The notes below the pieces were generated by a model. The model was not told the origin of the DNA and searched no databases. It saw only the letters and a program-made list of their open reading frames with translations. The translations under genes and the position numbers were made by a program. A stretch of DNA of 48,562 nucleotides from Lysobacteraceae bacterium (lineage in GTDB: Bacteria > Pseudomonadota > Gammaproteobacteria > Xanthomonadales > BPKI01): NCBI GenBank assembly GCA_035444205.1, contig DAOMOD010000004.1, positions 1 through 48,562 on the forward strand, in the 5' to 3' direction. Numbering within the stretch: the stretch's first letter is position 1; each line of letters starts with the position of its first letter. This document shows positions 17,925-27,146 of this stretch, one piece after another.

Positions 17925-18755
17925 ATGCCATTCCGAAGCTACTCCCGCGAAGTGGACATCCTGGGCTACGCCCTGAACTGGAGCCTTCAGGCCTGGATCA
18001 TCATGGTCCTGGTGGTGCTGGCGCTGGCGCTGGTGTGGACCGGACGGCGGGCACGAAGCGGCTGGGAGTGGCGCGACGCGCTGCGCCGCAGCCTGGCCAT
18101 TGCCGGGATCGCGGCAGTCTCCGTTCCCGCCCTGGTGGTGGTGGCGTTACTGGTCCTGTTCGTGGTGGTGCAGTCCGGGCCAAGCGTCGATCGCAGCCAG
18201 GCCGAGCGCTGGTTGGGCCCGGTCTGCAGCGGACCGGCGGGCGAGCGCGAGCGGGACCTTGCACGCGTACTTCCTGCGCTGGAGGAACCGCGACCGCAAG
18301 GTCTGCGGGCGCCGGATCGAAGGGCCCTGCTCAGCGCCCTGGCGCGCTGCCTGCGGGGGCAGGATCCCGCCGCGCTGGCGCCCGATCGTGGCACCCTCGA
18401 ACGCCTGCATGAGGTGGTGTCGCAGGGTAGGCCCGACCCAGGGCGGAATCTGGATGTAAACGCTCAACAGGAGATGGTCGGCATCCTGAACTGGCTGCTG
18501 CACGGACCGGACCTGCGTGCGGCGGGTCTGGCCTGCGCGGATTCAGGGTGCGCGGAGTCGGCTTTCCGATCGGCCGAAGTGTGGTGCCGGCGCCATGCCG
18601 AGTCCTGTCGCCGCAACCTGTCATTGAATGATCTCGACTGGATCGAATCGAGGGAGGCGGGAGGCCGCTGGGGTGGATGGACACTCGGACCGCTGCGGGA
18701 TCTGAAACGATTCCGCATGGGCCTTGAGCCGGAGACGCCAGTAGGGAACCTTTGA
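17925..18755 (+). CDS. hypothetical membrane protein with Cys-containing extracytoplasmic C-terminal region (276 aa)
   Basis: Inner ATG at 17925 (MPFRSYSREVDILGYALNWSLQAWIIMVLVVLALALVW). Two TM helices. No family recognised. Confidence 0.5.
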   Translation: MPFRSYSREVDILGYALNWSLQAWIIMVLVVLALALVWTGRRARSGWEWRDALRRSLAIAGIAAVSVPALVVVALLVLFVVVQSGPSVDRSQAERWLGPVCSGPAGERERDLARVLPALEEPRPQGLRAPDRRALLSALARCLRGQDPAALAPDRGTLERLHEVVSQGRPDPGRNLDVNAQQEMVGILNWLLHGPDLRAAGLACADSGCAESAFRSAEVWCRRHAESCRRNLSLNDLDWIESREAGGRWGGWTLGPLRDLKRFRMGLEPETPVGNL

Positions 18756-19089
18756 TCAAGTCGGCGCACGTCTCGAAGGGCGCGGGCAACCGAACGGCGA
18801 ATGGCTCGAGTGGTGCGAGATGCTGTCTCGATCCGGCTGCGCCGGCCTCGACAGCTCCTCACCATCAACCGAGCTTCTGATGCTTACCCGCCGGGCCAAG
18901 GACCAGATGTTGCGCGCGGCGCACCAGGTTGCCCCGGCAACCCACGGCTGGCTGGACAACACGGCAACGATTCGCCGATTTGTGCGCCGTCCTGGGGCGC
19001 CCGGCGGCATCGAACCGGCGACGCGGGGAACACAGGGCGCTGCGTCGCGCCCAGCCGCAACACCTCGGAAGGGAATTCCCGCAGATCCC

Positions 19090-19605
19090 TCACGCCCCTT
19101 CAGATTCCCTGTCGCGCACCATCAGCACTTGCAGTCCATCCGGCCCGTCGCCAAACGTGCGCTCCCTGCGGAAACCGGCCTTGCCGAAGGCCCGCTGCGA
19201 GGCCAGGTTGTCCATTTCCGCGCAACCCATCACGAATGGGACCGCCGGATTGGACAGAGCAACACTGGCAACGCGGTCGATGGCCTGCGGCCCGAACCCC
19301 TGCCCGATGGCATCCGCCTCGCCGATCATGATGTCGATGTCGATCGCGCCGGTGGGGATGTCGAGCAGACCGGCCTCATCCAGCTCCTCCCGTGTGGGAT
19401 GCTGCCAGAGCACCAGGCCCACCGCTCGCCCGTCGACCTCGAAGACCGCCCGTCCGCTACCTTCCGGCGGCGGTTCCTCGAGCATGCGCAGATTTTCCTC
19501 CGGATCGCCCCAGGCGCTGCGCACGTGCGCGGCGCGAAGCCAGCGCTCCAGCAGGGACAGGTCATCGCAGGTCAGGTCGCGCAGTCGAAAACTCATGAAT
19601 TGCAT
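19090..19605 (-). CDS. GNAT N-acetyltransferase, AAC(6')-Ib-like subfamily by motif layout
   Basis: FRLRDLTCDDLSLLERWLRAAHVRSAWGDPEE ... IDIDIMIGEADAIGQGFG ... DNLASQRAFGKAGFRRERTF parallels the AAC(6')-Ib/Acetyltransf_8 layout. An alternative start lies at 19596. Confidence 0.8.
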   Translation of the reverse strand: MQFMSFRLRDLTCDDLSLLERWLRAAHVRSAWGDPEENLRMLEEPPPEGSGRAVFEVDGRAVGLVLWQHPTREELDEAGLLDIPTGAIDIDIMIGEADAIGQGFGPQAIDRVASVALSNPAVPFVMGCAEMDNLASQRAFGKAGFRRERTFGDGPDGLQVLMVRDRESEGA

Positions 19606-19775
19606 TCACCCTTGACATGAATCTCACGAGGCGCTCGTCGACTGACAAGGCTCTCCCCTGGTTCCCGTCGACATTTCGTCCGTGGGCTCCATTTTTCTGT
19701 GATTCCTGATTCACATGCTGCGTTGATCAAGGGGTCCCCCGCGCAGGCGAGGAGTGTGAGGGGACTGCATCGCGA

Positions 19776-21977
19776 TTATCGGACACCCCGAATCACGTTG
19801 CCGAAGGCGATGTAGAAGGCGTGGCGGCCGCTGCTGGCGCGGCCGTAGCCGATCAGCATGGGGCCGAGCGGGGTTTCGATGCCGGTGAAGATGCTGCCGG
19901 CGTAGATCAGGGAATCGATGCTCACCGCGCGCTGGTCTTGCCAGACGTTGCCGGCCTCCAGGCTGATGCCGTAGTAGGCGGGCAGGCTGAACAGGCGCTC
20001 GGCGTCGCTGAATGGCCGATAGAACAGGCCGCGCGCCAGGAACAGTTGCGAGCCGAGCAGTTCGTTCTCGCCATAGCCTGAGAGGTTGCCGAGCCCGCCG
20101 AGCTGGTCGAATCCCTGCAGCACGGCATTGTCGCGGCTGGCGTGCGAAACGCGCACGCCGCCGAGGACGCGGGTGGCGCCGAAGCGGCCGGCGGCGTTCC
20201 AGGCCAGGCGAAAGACCTCTTCGCTGTCTTCCGAGCCAAGCGCGGGGCGATAGATCTCGCTGCGCAGGTCCAGGCGCTGCCCGGAACCTGGAAACACGCT
20301 GTTGTCCAGGGTGTCGTGAGTGAGGCCGATCACTATCGCGCCGTAAGGGCTGGACAAGGGGTCGAAGCCACCGGGCGCGCCGATGCGCTGGCGCACGCGG
20401 TCGCGGCCGCGTTCGATGCCTGCGCCAAGACGCGTGGCATGCGTTGCGTCCCAACCGACCCGGACGCCGATGAAAGCGCGATCCTGGTGCAGCCTTGCGA
20501 TTTCGCGATCTCCCAGGCTCAGCGGGATATTGGTGGCGCGTACGCCCGCATAAGGCTGCAGGAAGTACTGGCCGGTGAAGCCGAAGGGCGAGTAGTACTC
20601 GCCTTCCAGGCTGGTAAGACGGCCGATGCTGGCGCGGCCCTGCAGCAATCCCTCGCCCCAGCCCGGCGTGGAACCTTCCGCCGAGAGCTGGTAGCTGCTG
20701 TTGCCGCGGAAATCGTCGGAAAGCTGCAATCCGAAGCGGATCAGGGTAGGTCCCCAGCCCTTGTCCACCGGCAGGATCTCGATGCCGGTGCGGCCGGCAT
20801 CGTCCTCTACGATGCGCCAGGAGATGCGCTCGTAACGCCCATCGCCGTAGGCGGCCGCAATGCCGGCTTCCAGTGCGTCGAGGTCGAGTGGCTTGCCGCT
20901 CAGCGCAGACATGCGCGCGGCCACCAGGCGCGCGGTGCGGCTGTGGTTGGCATTGACGCGCACGAACTCCACCACCGGCAATTCGTCCCTGGGCCGGCCG
21001 CGGGCGGCGCGGTGGCGCGCGTAGTCCGAGGGCGAAAGAGCCAGGCTGCGCAGGTGGTCGATGACAGCCTCTGCCGCCGCTTCGCCCGGAGCCAGGGTGT
21101 CCGCGGCGCGGTCGAACTGGGTGGAGCCGATGTCGCCGAGTTCCGGCCGGATCAGCACATCGCGCTCGCCCAGGCTTTCCAGCCGACGTTGCGTCTGCGC
21201 ATGCATCAGCACCGACACCATCTGCAGCGTGATGGAGAGCGGCGAGTTCAGGTGCTCCTCGGGCAGCAGCGGCTCGCCCACGTCGACGACAATCAGGTGG
21301 GTGACACCCATGGCGCGCGCCACGTCCACCGGCACGTTGTCGACCACGCCGCCATCGACCAGCAGACGACCGTCGATACGAATGGGCTGGAAGGCGGCCG
21401 GCACCGACATGCTGGCTCGTACCACTTCGGGCAGGGCGCCGCGTTCGAACACCACCGCCTCGCCGGTGACGATGTCGGCTGCGACCGCACGAAACGGAAT
21501 GGGCAGTTCGTCGAAATGGCCAACGTCGCCTGCGCGCAGGAACAGGCGCTGCAGCAGAACCTGCAGGTTCTGTCCCTGCAACACGCCGCGCGGCAGTTTC
21601 AGGCGACCCTCGCCGTAACCCATTTCAATGTCGGCCAGCACACGGAGGCTTTCCTCCTTGCGTGCCATCGGCAGGTCGCCGCGCGGCGGGCCGTCGCGCA
21701 AGGCGTCGCGCCAGTCGATGGCGCCGATGATGGTTTCCAGTTCCTCGGCGCTGTAGCCGGATGCGTACAGCGCGCCAACGGCGGCGCCCATGCTGGTACC
21801 GGCGATGGCGTGGATGGGAACGCGTTCGCGCTCCAGTACCTTGAGTACGCCGATATGGGCGATGCCGCGCGCGCCGCCGCCTCCCAGCACCAGGCCGACG
21901 CGGATTTCGTCGGCACCCGCCGGGTGCCAGGGCAGGCAGACCAGCAGAAGGACAGACAGCCAGGTTCGAAGCGGCAT
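19776..21977 (-). CDS. patatin-like phospholipase fused to POTRA/Omp85-type beta-barrel (PlpD-like type Vd autotransporter, 733 aa)
   Basis: Inner start MPLRTWLSVLLLVCLPWHPAGA (21977). GGGGARG oxyanion motif, GTSMG lipase serine and LVDGGVVDNVP catalytic Asp. The C-terminal half is beta-strand-rich and ends ...HAFYIAFGNVIRGVR. Confidence 0.8.
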   Translation of the reverse strand: MPLRTWLSVLLLVCLPWHPAGADEIRVGLVLGGGGARGIAHIGVLKVLERERVPIHAIAGTSMGAAVGALYASGYSAEELETIIGAIDWRDALRDGPPRGDLPMARKEESLRVLADIEMGYGEGRLKLPRGVLQGQNLQVLLQRLFLRAGDVGHFDELPIPFRAVAADIVTGEAVVFERGALPEVVRASMSVPAAFQPIRIDGRLLVDGGVVDNVPVDVARAMGVTHLIVVDVGEPLLPEEHLNSPLSITLQMVSVLMHAQTQRRLESLGERDVLIRPELGDIGSTQFDRAADTLAPGEAAAEAVIDHLRSLALSPSDYARHRAARGRPRDELPVVEFVRVNANHSRTARLVAARMSALSGKPLDLDALEAGIAAAYGDGRYERISWRIVEDDAGRTGIEILPVDKGWGPTLIRFGLQLSDDFRGNSSYQLSAEGSTPGWGEGLLQGRASIGRLTSLEGEYYSPFGFTGQYFLQPYAGVRATNIPLSLGDREIARLHQDRAFIGVRVGWDATHATRLGAGIERGRDRVRQRIGAPGGFDPLSSPYGAIVIGLTHDTLDNSVFPGSGQRLDLRSEIYRPALGSEDSEEVFRLAWNAAGRFGATRVLGGVRVSHASRDNAVLQGFDQLGGLGNLSGYGENELLGSQLFLARGLFYRPFSDAERLFSLPAYYGISLEAGNVWQDQRAVSIDSLIYAGSIFTGIETPLGPMLIGYGRASSGRHAFYIAFGNVIRGVR

Positions 21978-22035
21978 GCCGGGATTCCCGGGGGACGTGG
22001 CGCGGCCCGAGTGGGCCGCGCCACACGAACGGTGG

Positions 22036-23709
22036 TCAGCGCATGCGGGTGACGACTTCCATTTCCACACCCTTGGCGGTGGTACGGATGTTGATGTCGC
22101 CGGACTCGAACATGTCGGCATTGCGTCGGAAATCGGCGGCCATGCGCTGCATCTGGGGGTCGTCGGGCGACGCCGACGCCATGGCATCGGCGATGAGGCG
22201 ATAGATCTCGCCACGGAAGTGCATGTGCAGGAGCAGGTCGGCGGGCCCGGCCGGTGCTGCCAACGCCTGCCGCGCCGCCGTGCCGTCCTTGCTGTTGACC
22301 GCCAGCGCCAGCGCCTTGTCGTCCAGGGCAAGGAAGGCTGTGCGCACGGGCTCTTGCAGCAGGTCGGCAGGAACCGCCACGGCGTCGCCACCGGGGGTCA
22401 CGTTCATTCCCGCGAGGGGCGGCAGAAAGCCGCTGCCCATCGCCAGCAATGCCTGTGGTGAAGGCGAGGCGAGCGTCAGCACGCCCTCGACATCCGGCTC
22501 GCTGATGTCGTCCAGCGAGAGGCGCTCTAGGCGAACGAGGATGCCGCTCGCCGCCGGACCGGCCATCAGCAGGACCGGGTTGGCGGCTGCCTGGCGCAGG
22601 CCGTCGGCCATCTGATTGAGTTCCGCCAGCTTCTCGCAGGCATAGGGCCTGGAGGACAGGGCACCGGCCCACTTGCTGAACAGCGACGCCAGCTTGGGAA
22701 GCTGCATGCCGAAGCCGATGCTGGCCAGTCCGCCGCCGGCGCCGAGTCCGGGAACCGGGGACGGCAGGGTGGCGAAGTCGGCCGCAAGTTCGGCGTCGGT
22801 GAGGAACACCATGCTCATTTCCCTGACGTCGGCGTCGAAGCGACGCGAACCGAACGCCATGCCGGGGAAGCGCGCGGCCATGGCGTGGAGTTCGTCTCGA
22901 CAGTGTTCGCCGGAGAACAACTCGCTGGCATCGAACGCTTCGACCAGGCGCACGCTTGGCTTCTCGATTTCGGCCAGCAGGTTGGCGCTGTCGATGCGCC
23001 CGAGCATGAACGGGGTGAAGCCGTGCTCGCGTTCCAGCGCCTGCAGGGTGCCCGCATCGGCGAGGCTTCGTGCCGGAGGCGCGTCGCCAAGCAGCAGGGC
23101 GATCATGCTGGCCTCGGCATCGGTCTTCGCCGCGGTCAGCACCACATCGCTGTTGCCGATGCTGATCAGGATGGCCACCGTTTCCACTTCGAAGCGGAGC
23201 AGGGAGCGGTCACCGTGGGGCAGGCGCACCGGTTCCAGTTCGACGATCTTTAGAACGCGGTCGAGGAAGGCCGAGAAGCGTGCGCGGTCGGCGATTTCCA
23301 TGCGCGCCACCGGCATCAGACCGATGCCGTACACGGCCATGTGCGGATTGACCTTGGTGCCAAGCCGCTCGTAGGTCGCGGCATCGGCGAATTCGCCGAT
23401 CTCGTCGATGATGGCATCGGCCATGTCGAGGAACTTGCCGACGTCCTCGCCGGCCGTGGCGCGAAGGTCGGCGATCTGCGCCTTGACGCTGGCCCGGTCG
23501 TAGCCGCTGCGCTTCATCACTTCCAGGGCAAGGTCCTTGTCGAGGGCCTGGCGGGTGGCGAAGAAGTAGGGCGTGGCGGCCGGCACGTGGACCAGGAACG
23601 GATTGTCGCCGGTGTCGGGCGACACCTTCTCGACGACGGCGGGTGCTTCCTCTCGGCTGCAGGCCGCGATGGCCAGCACCAGGGACAGCGTATACAGGTG
23701 GCGCAACAT
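22036..23709 (-). CDS. hypothetical lipoprotein (557 aa)
   Basis: Inner start MLRHLYTLSLVLAIAAC (lipobox IAAC) with AAGGAG upstream. It ends 58 nt before the PlpD-like gene on the same strand. Confidence 0.65.
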   Translation of the reverse strand: MLRHLYTLSLVLAIAACSREEAPAVVEKVSPDTGDNPFLVHVPAATPYFFATRQALDKDLALEVMKRSGYDRASVKAQIADLRATAGEDVGKFLDMADAIIDEIGEFADAATYERLGTKVNPHMAVYGIGLMPVARMEIADRARFSAFLDRVLKIVELEPVRLPHGDRSLLRFEVETVAILISIGNSDVVLTAAKTDAEASMIALLLGDAPPARSLADAGTLQALEREHGFTPFMLGRIDSANLLAEIEKPSVRLVEAFDASELFSGEHCRDELHAMAARFPGMAFGSRRFDADVREMSMVFLTDAELAADFATLPSPVPGLGAGGGLASIGFGMQLPKLASLFSKWAGALSSRPYACEKLAELNQMADGLRQAAANPVLLMAGPAASGILVRLERLSLDDISEPDVEGVLTLASPSPQALLAMGSGFLPPLAGMNVTPGGDAVAVPADLLQEPVRTAFLALDDKALALAVNSKDGTAARQALAAPAGPADLLLHMHFRGEIYRLIADAMASASPDDPQMQRMAADFRRNADMFESGDINIRTTAKGVEMEVVTRMR

Positions 23710-23831
23710 GTCAGGGCTCCTTGTCGAACGGACGGTAAGCAATGGGTGTGGAAAAGTAGCAGAAGCGACAGTCCAGGTCGCCGGCTATTGGTCATGGCCG
23801 GCGGGGGCGCCGCGCATTGTAGACTCCGGTC

Positions 23832-25136
23832 ATGCACGGCGGGGCCGCGACGCCTGACATCCCGTTCCGCGAGGCCCTGGCCCTGTGGTGGAGGCTCGGC
23901 TGGCTGAGCTTCGGCGGGCCGGCCGGGCAGATCGCCCTCATGCATCGCATGCTGGTGGACGAGAAGCGCTGGATCGACGAGCCGCGTTTCCTGCATGCGC
24001 TGAACTACTGCATGCTGCTGCCGGGCCCCGAGGCGATGCAGCTCGCCACCTACGTCGGCTGGCTGCTGCACGGGGTGCGCGGCGGCGTGGTGGCGGGGAT
24101 GCTGTTCATCCTGCCCGGCGCGCTGTGCATCATGGTCCTGTCCTGGTTGTACGTGCTGCTGGGCGATCTGTCCCTGGTACAGGGGCTGTTCTTCGGGCTC
24201 AAGGCCGCAGTGCTGGCGATCGTGCTGCAGGCGCTTTTGCGCATCGCCGCGCGCACTTTGCGTGGGGTGCTGAAGCCGCTGCTCGCGCTTGCCGCCTTCA
24301 TCGCCCTGTTCGCCTTCAATCTGCCGTTTCCGCTGGTGGTGCTGGGCGCCGGTCTGCTCGGCTGGCTGGCGGCGCGTTGGTTGCGCGGCGATGCCGGGCA
24401 CGGCGACCCGGGCCCGGTGGAACCGGTCGTGCGACCGGGCACGCGCCGAGCTGCCGCAACCTGTCTGCTGCTGTGGGGCGTGACCCTGGGACTGCTGGCC
24501 GGCACGCTCGGCGGCGACCATGTGTTCACCCAGATCGGCGTGTTCTTCTCGAAGATGGCGGTGGTCACTTTCGGTGGCGCCTACGCGGTACTGGCCTATG
24601 TGGCGCAGCAGGGAGTGGAGCATTACCGGTGGTTGCAGCCGGGCGAGATGCTCGACGGACTGGGCCTGGCCGAGACCACGCCGGGCCCGCTCATCCTGGT
24701 CACCCAGTTCGTCGGGTTCCTCGGCGCCATGCGCCAGTCCGGCATGGAGCAGGCACTGCTGGCGGGCACGCTGGGCGCGCTGCTCACCACCTGGGTGACG
24801 TTCCTGCCCTGCTTCGTGTGGATCTTCGCCGGGGCGCCCTACGTGGAGAAGCTGCGTCATCATCGCGCGCTCGCCGCCGCGCTGGCGGCGATCACCGCGG
24901 CGGTGGTCGGTGTCATCGCCAACCTGGCGCTGTGGTTCGCCCTGAACGTCATGTTCGCTGAGCGCTTCCAGGTGGTGGGTGCGGGGCTCGACATGCACCT
25001 GCCAGTGCCGGGAAGCGTCGACTTCGCTGCCGTGGCGTTGTCGGCGCTGGCGCTGCTGTTGCTGTTCGCAACGCGACTGGGCGTGCTTGCGACACTTGCA
25101 ATCTGTGCGTTGCTGGGCGTGGCCTTGCAGTACTGA
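23832..25136 (+). CDS. chrA: chromate transporter ChrA (434 aa)
   Basis: ...LGWLSFGGPAGQIALMHRMLVDEKRWIDEPRFLHALNYCMLLPGPEAMQLATYVG... and a duplicated CHR domain (second ...FGGAYAVLAYVAQQGVEHYRWL...). Confidence 0.9.
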   Translation: MHGGAATPDIPFREALALWWRLGWLSFGGPAGQIALMHRMLVDEKRWIDEPRFLHALNYCMLLPGPEAMQLATYVGWLLHGVRGGVVAGMLFILPGALCIMVLSWLYVLLGDLSLVQGLFFGLKAAVLAIVLQALLRIAARTLRGVLKPLLALAAFIALFAFNLPFPLVVLGAGLLGWLAARWLRGDAGHGDPGPVEPVVRPGTRRAAATCLLLWGVTLGLLAGTLGGDHVFTQIGVFFSKMAVVTFGGAYAVLAYVAQQGVEHYRWLQPGEMLDGLGLAETTPGPLILVTQFVGFLGAMRQSGMEQALLAGTLGALLTTWVTFLPCFVWIFAGAPYVEKLRHHRALAAALAAITAAVVGVIANLALWFALNVMFAERFQVVGAGLDMHLPVPGSVDFAAVALSALALLLLFATRLGVLATLAICALLGVALQY

Positions 25137-25188
25137 TCGGGGCGCGCGGCACCGATGGAAACCGGCGGTTCGCTCTTCGGCGCAGCCA

Positions 25189-25287
25189 GTAGCCCGGGTA
25201 AGCGAAGCGCACCCGGGACATCGGCGACCGCCAATGCTGGCGATGAAGCGCCATCCCGGGTGCGGCCTACGGCCTTACCCGGGCTAC
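25189..25287. repeat. second REP family: two inverted GTAGCCCGGGT...ACCCGGG hairpin units
   Basis: 25189-25219 GTAGCCCGGGTAAGCGAAGCGCACCCGGGAC, and 25253-25287 ...CCCGGGTGCGGCCTACGGCCTTACCCGGGCTAC in the opposite orientation. Confidence 0.6.
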
Positions 25288-25352
25288 CGCGTTGTTGCGG
25301 GGACGCAAGGTGGATGCACGAGGGCGGTCGCGGCTTGGGCGTTTTCAAAGAA

Positions 25353-25377
25353 CGGGCAGGCGTCCCTCGCCTGCCCG
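25353..25377 (-). terminator. rho-independent terminator of the OmpA-family operon
   Basis: CGGGCAGGCG-TCCCT-CGCCTGCCCG forms a 10-bp GC stem. On the minus strand it is followed by TTCTTTGAAAAC and lies 45 nt after the stop. Confidence 0.6.
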
Positions 25378-25421
25378 GTTGCGGGTGACCCCACGGACTG
25401 CCTTCAGCAGTTCACGCCGGG

Positions 25422-26483
25422 TCAGTGCTGGGAAATGCGGGGATCGTGCTGCTCGATGACGATCTCCACCCTGCGGTTCTGCTGGCGTCCTTCGGCCGTG
25501 GCATTGGTGGCGACCGGAAAGTCGAGTCCGAGACCACGCGCCGAAAGACGCGCCGGATCGATGCCGCCGCCGATCAGGTACGCGCGCACCGCGTTGGCGC
25601 GACGTTCCGACAAGCCCAGGTTGTACTCGGGGCTTCCGGTCGAATCGGTGTGGCCTTCGATTTCGACACGCGTCTGTGGATGGTCGGTGAGTGCCGCCAC
25701 AAGCTTGTCGAGATTGCGCGCGGCCCCCGGCTTGAGCTCGGAACGGTCGACCTCGAACAGGACATCGCCCAGGGTCACCACCAGGCCGCGATCGGTTTGC
25801 CGCGCCTCGAGATCGGCCAACTGGGCCTGCAGCGACTGAAGCTGGCGCTGAGCGTGCTCGGCTTCCTCGCGGGCACGCTGCGCTTCCAGTTGCTTCTGCT
25901 CGGCATCCGCACGCGCACGTTGCGCCAGCAGTCGCTCCTCTTCGGCGCGCAGGCGCTCGGCCTCCGCCATGGCCTGGGCATCGCGTGCTTCGTCGCGTGC
26001 GCGTACCGCTTCGCTGCGACCCAGTTCTGCCCGATGGCGTTCCTGTTCGGCGCGCAGGCGTTCGGCCTCCGCCATGGCCTGGGCGGAGCGTGCGTCACGG
26101 CGCGCCCGGTCAGCCTCTGCCTCACGGGCGCGGATCAGCATGTGTTCGCGCTCACGTGACAGTGCTTCGGTGCGTTCTCCGGCGTGGCGGGCCAGGCCTT
26201 CGGCCTCTGCGATCTGGACAAGTCGATCGGCCATGTACAGGCGATAGTCGTAATCGTCCTTGCGCAGCCGCCGGGCATCGGTGGCCAGCGCATCGACGAC
26301 CCGCTGCGCTTCGCGCAGCTCGATATCGGCGTACGGGCCGATGCGACTGTCCGCGCGCATGCTGTCGAGCTGCATCTGCAGCCGGACGACTTCCGAAGGT
26401 GGGCCCTTGGGCGTGGAGGCACATGCCGAGATCAGCAGTGCGCATGCAAGCAGTGCGGCGACTTTAAAAAGGTTGCGGTTCAT
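25422..26483 (-). CDS. OmpA-family lipoprotein with DUF4398-like N-terminus and long coiled coil (353 aa)
   Basis: Lipobox LLISAC. Charged coiled-coil repeats. C-terminal OmpA_C: VTLGDVLFEVDRSELKPGA...IEGHTDSTGSPEYNLGLSERRANAVRAYL. Confidence 0.85.
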   Translation of the reverse strand: MNRNLFKVAALLACALLISACASTPKGPPSEVVRLQMQLDSMRADSRIGPYADIELREAQRVVDALATDARRLRKDDYDYRLYMADRLVQIAEAEGLARHAGERTEALSREREHMLIRAREAEADRARRDARSAQAMAEAERLRAEQERHRAELGRSEAVRARDEARDAQAMAEAERLRAEEERLLAQRARADAEQKQLEAQRAREEAEHAQRQLQSLQAQLADLEARQTDRGLVVTLGDVLFEVDRSELKPGAARNLDKLVAALTDHPQTRVEIEGHTDSTGSPEYNLGLSERRANAVRAYLIGGGIDPARLSARGLGLDFPVATNATAEGRQQNRRVEIVIEQHDPRISQH

Positions 26484-26848
26484 GATCCACCTCCCTGCCG
26501 CTGAAGCTCCCTGCGAAGGGTTTCGACAGCAGCTTCAAGTTCGGCCGCGCTTCGTTCGGCGCGGTACTGGCGTGTGCGCGCCTCTGCAAGGCGACCGTCG
26601 GCACGGGCCATGGAAGCTTCGCGCTCGACATCGTCCCAGCGACGCCGTTCCATCGAGGCCTCAGCGCGGGCCAGCATGTCGCGCGCCGTCTTCAGTTCGA
26701 TGCCGGCCAGTTCGACGGCACCAGCACGTTGCGCGGCACCGACCGAGGCGCGGGCTTCGGTAAGGGCGATTTCCGCGTCCTGTCGACCGGCCAGTGCAGC
26801 GCCGGGGAGTGCGAGCAGGACAGCCATGACAGTGGCAGTGATTCGCAT
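26480..26848 (-). CDS. DUF4398 domain-containing periplasmic protein (122 aa)
   Basis: Signal peptide MRITATVMAVLLALPGAALA and helical ...IALTEARASVGAAQRAGAVELAGIELKTARDMLARAE.... ATGA overlap with the OmpA gene. Confidence 0.7.
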   Translation of the reverse strand: MRITATVMAVLLALPGAALAGRQDAEIALTEARASVGAAQRAGAVELAGIELKTARDMLARAEASMERRRWDDVEREASMARADGRLAEARTRQYRAERSAAELEAAVETLRRELQRQGGGS

Positions 26849-27146
26849 GGCGATCTCCTTTCAGGTTGGGGGCGAGGACCTCCAAGCATGGGACGGAACG
26901 GGTCCGTTGTTCTGTGCGACAGCCGACATTGGCGGCCTTGCGTCGCATCGATCCGGCCAGCCGCGCTGGAGGTCCGGACGCGAATCGTGAGGCGCAGGAG
27001 CGCTTTGATCCGCGCAAGGGGACGCTATGCCGGTGCCGGTGAACCGGTCTTGAATCGCGCTTCTGTCACGAACGGCGCGCTAAAGGCATTTATCGCGCTG
27101 CTTTCACTACCGCAACTTTGATGCACCGCAACGGACCCGACACGCT

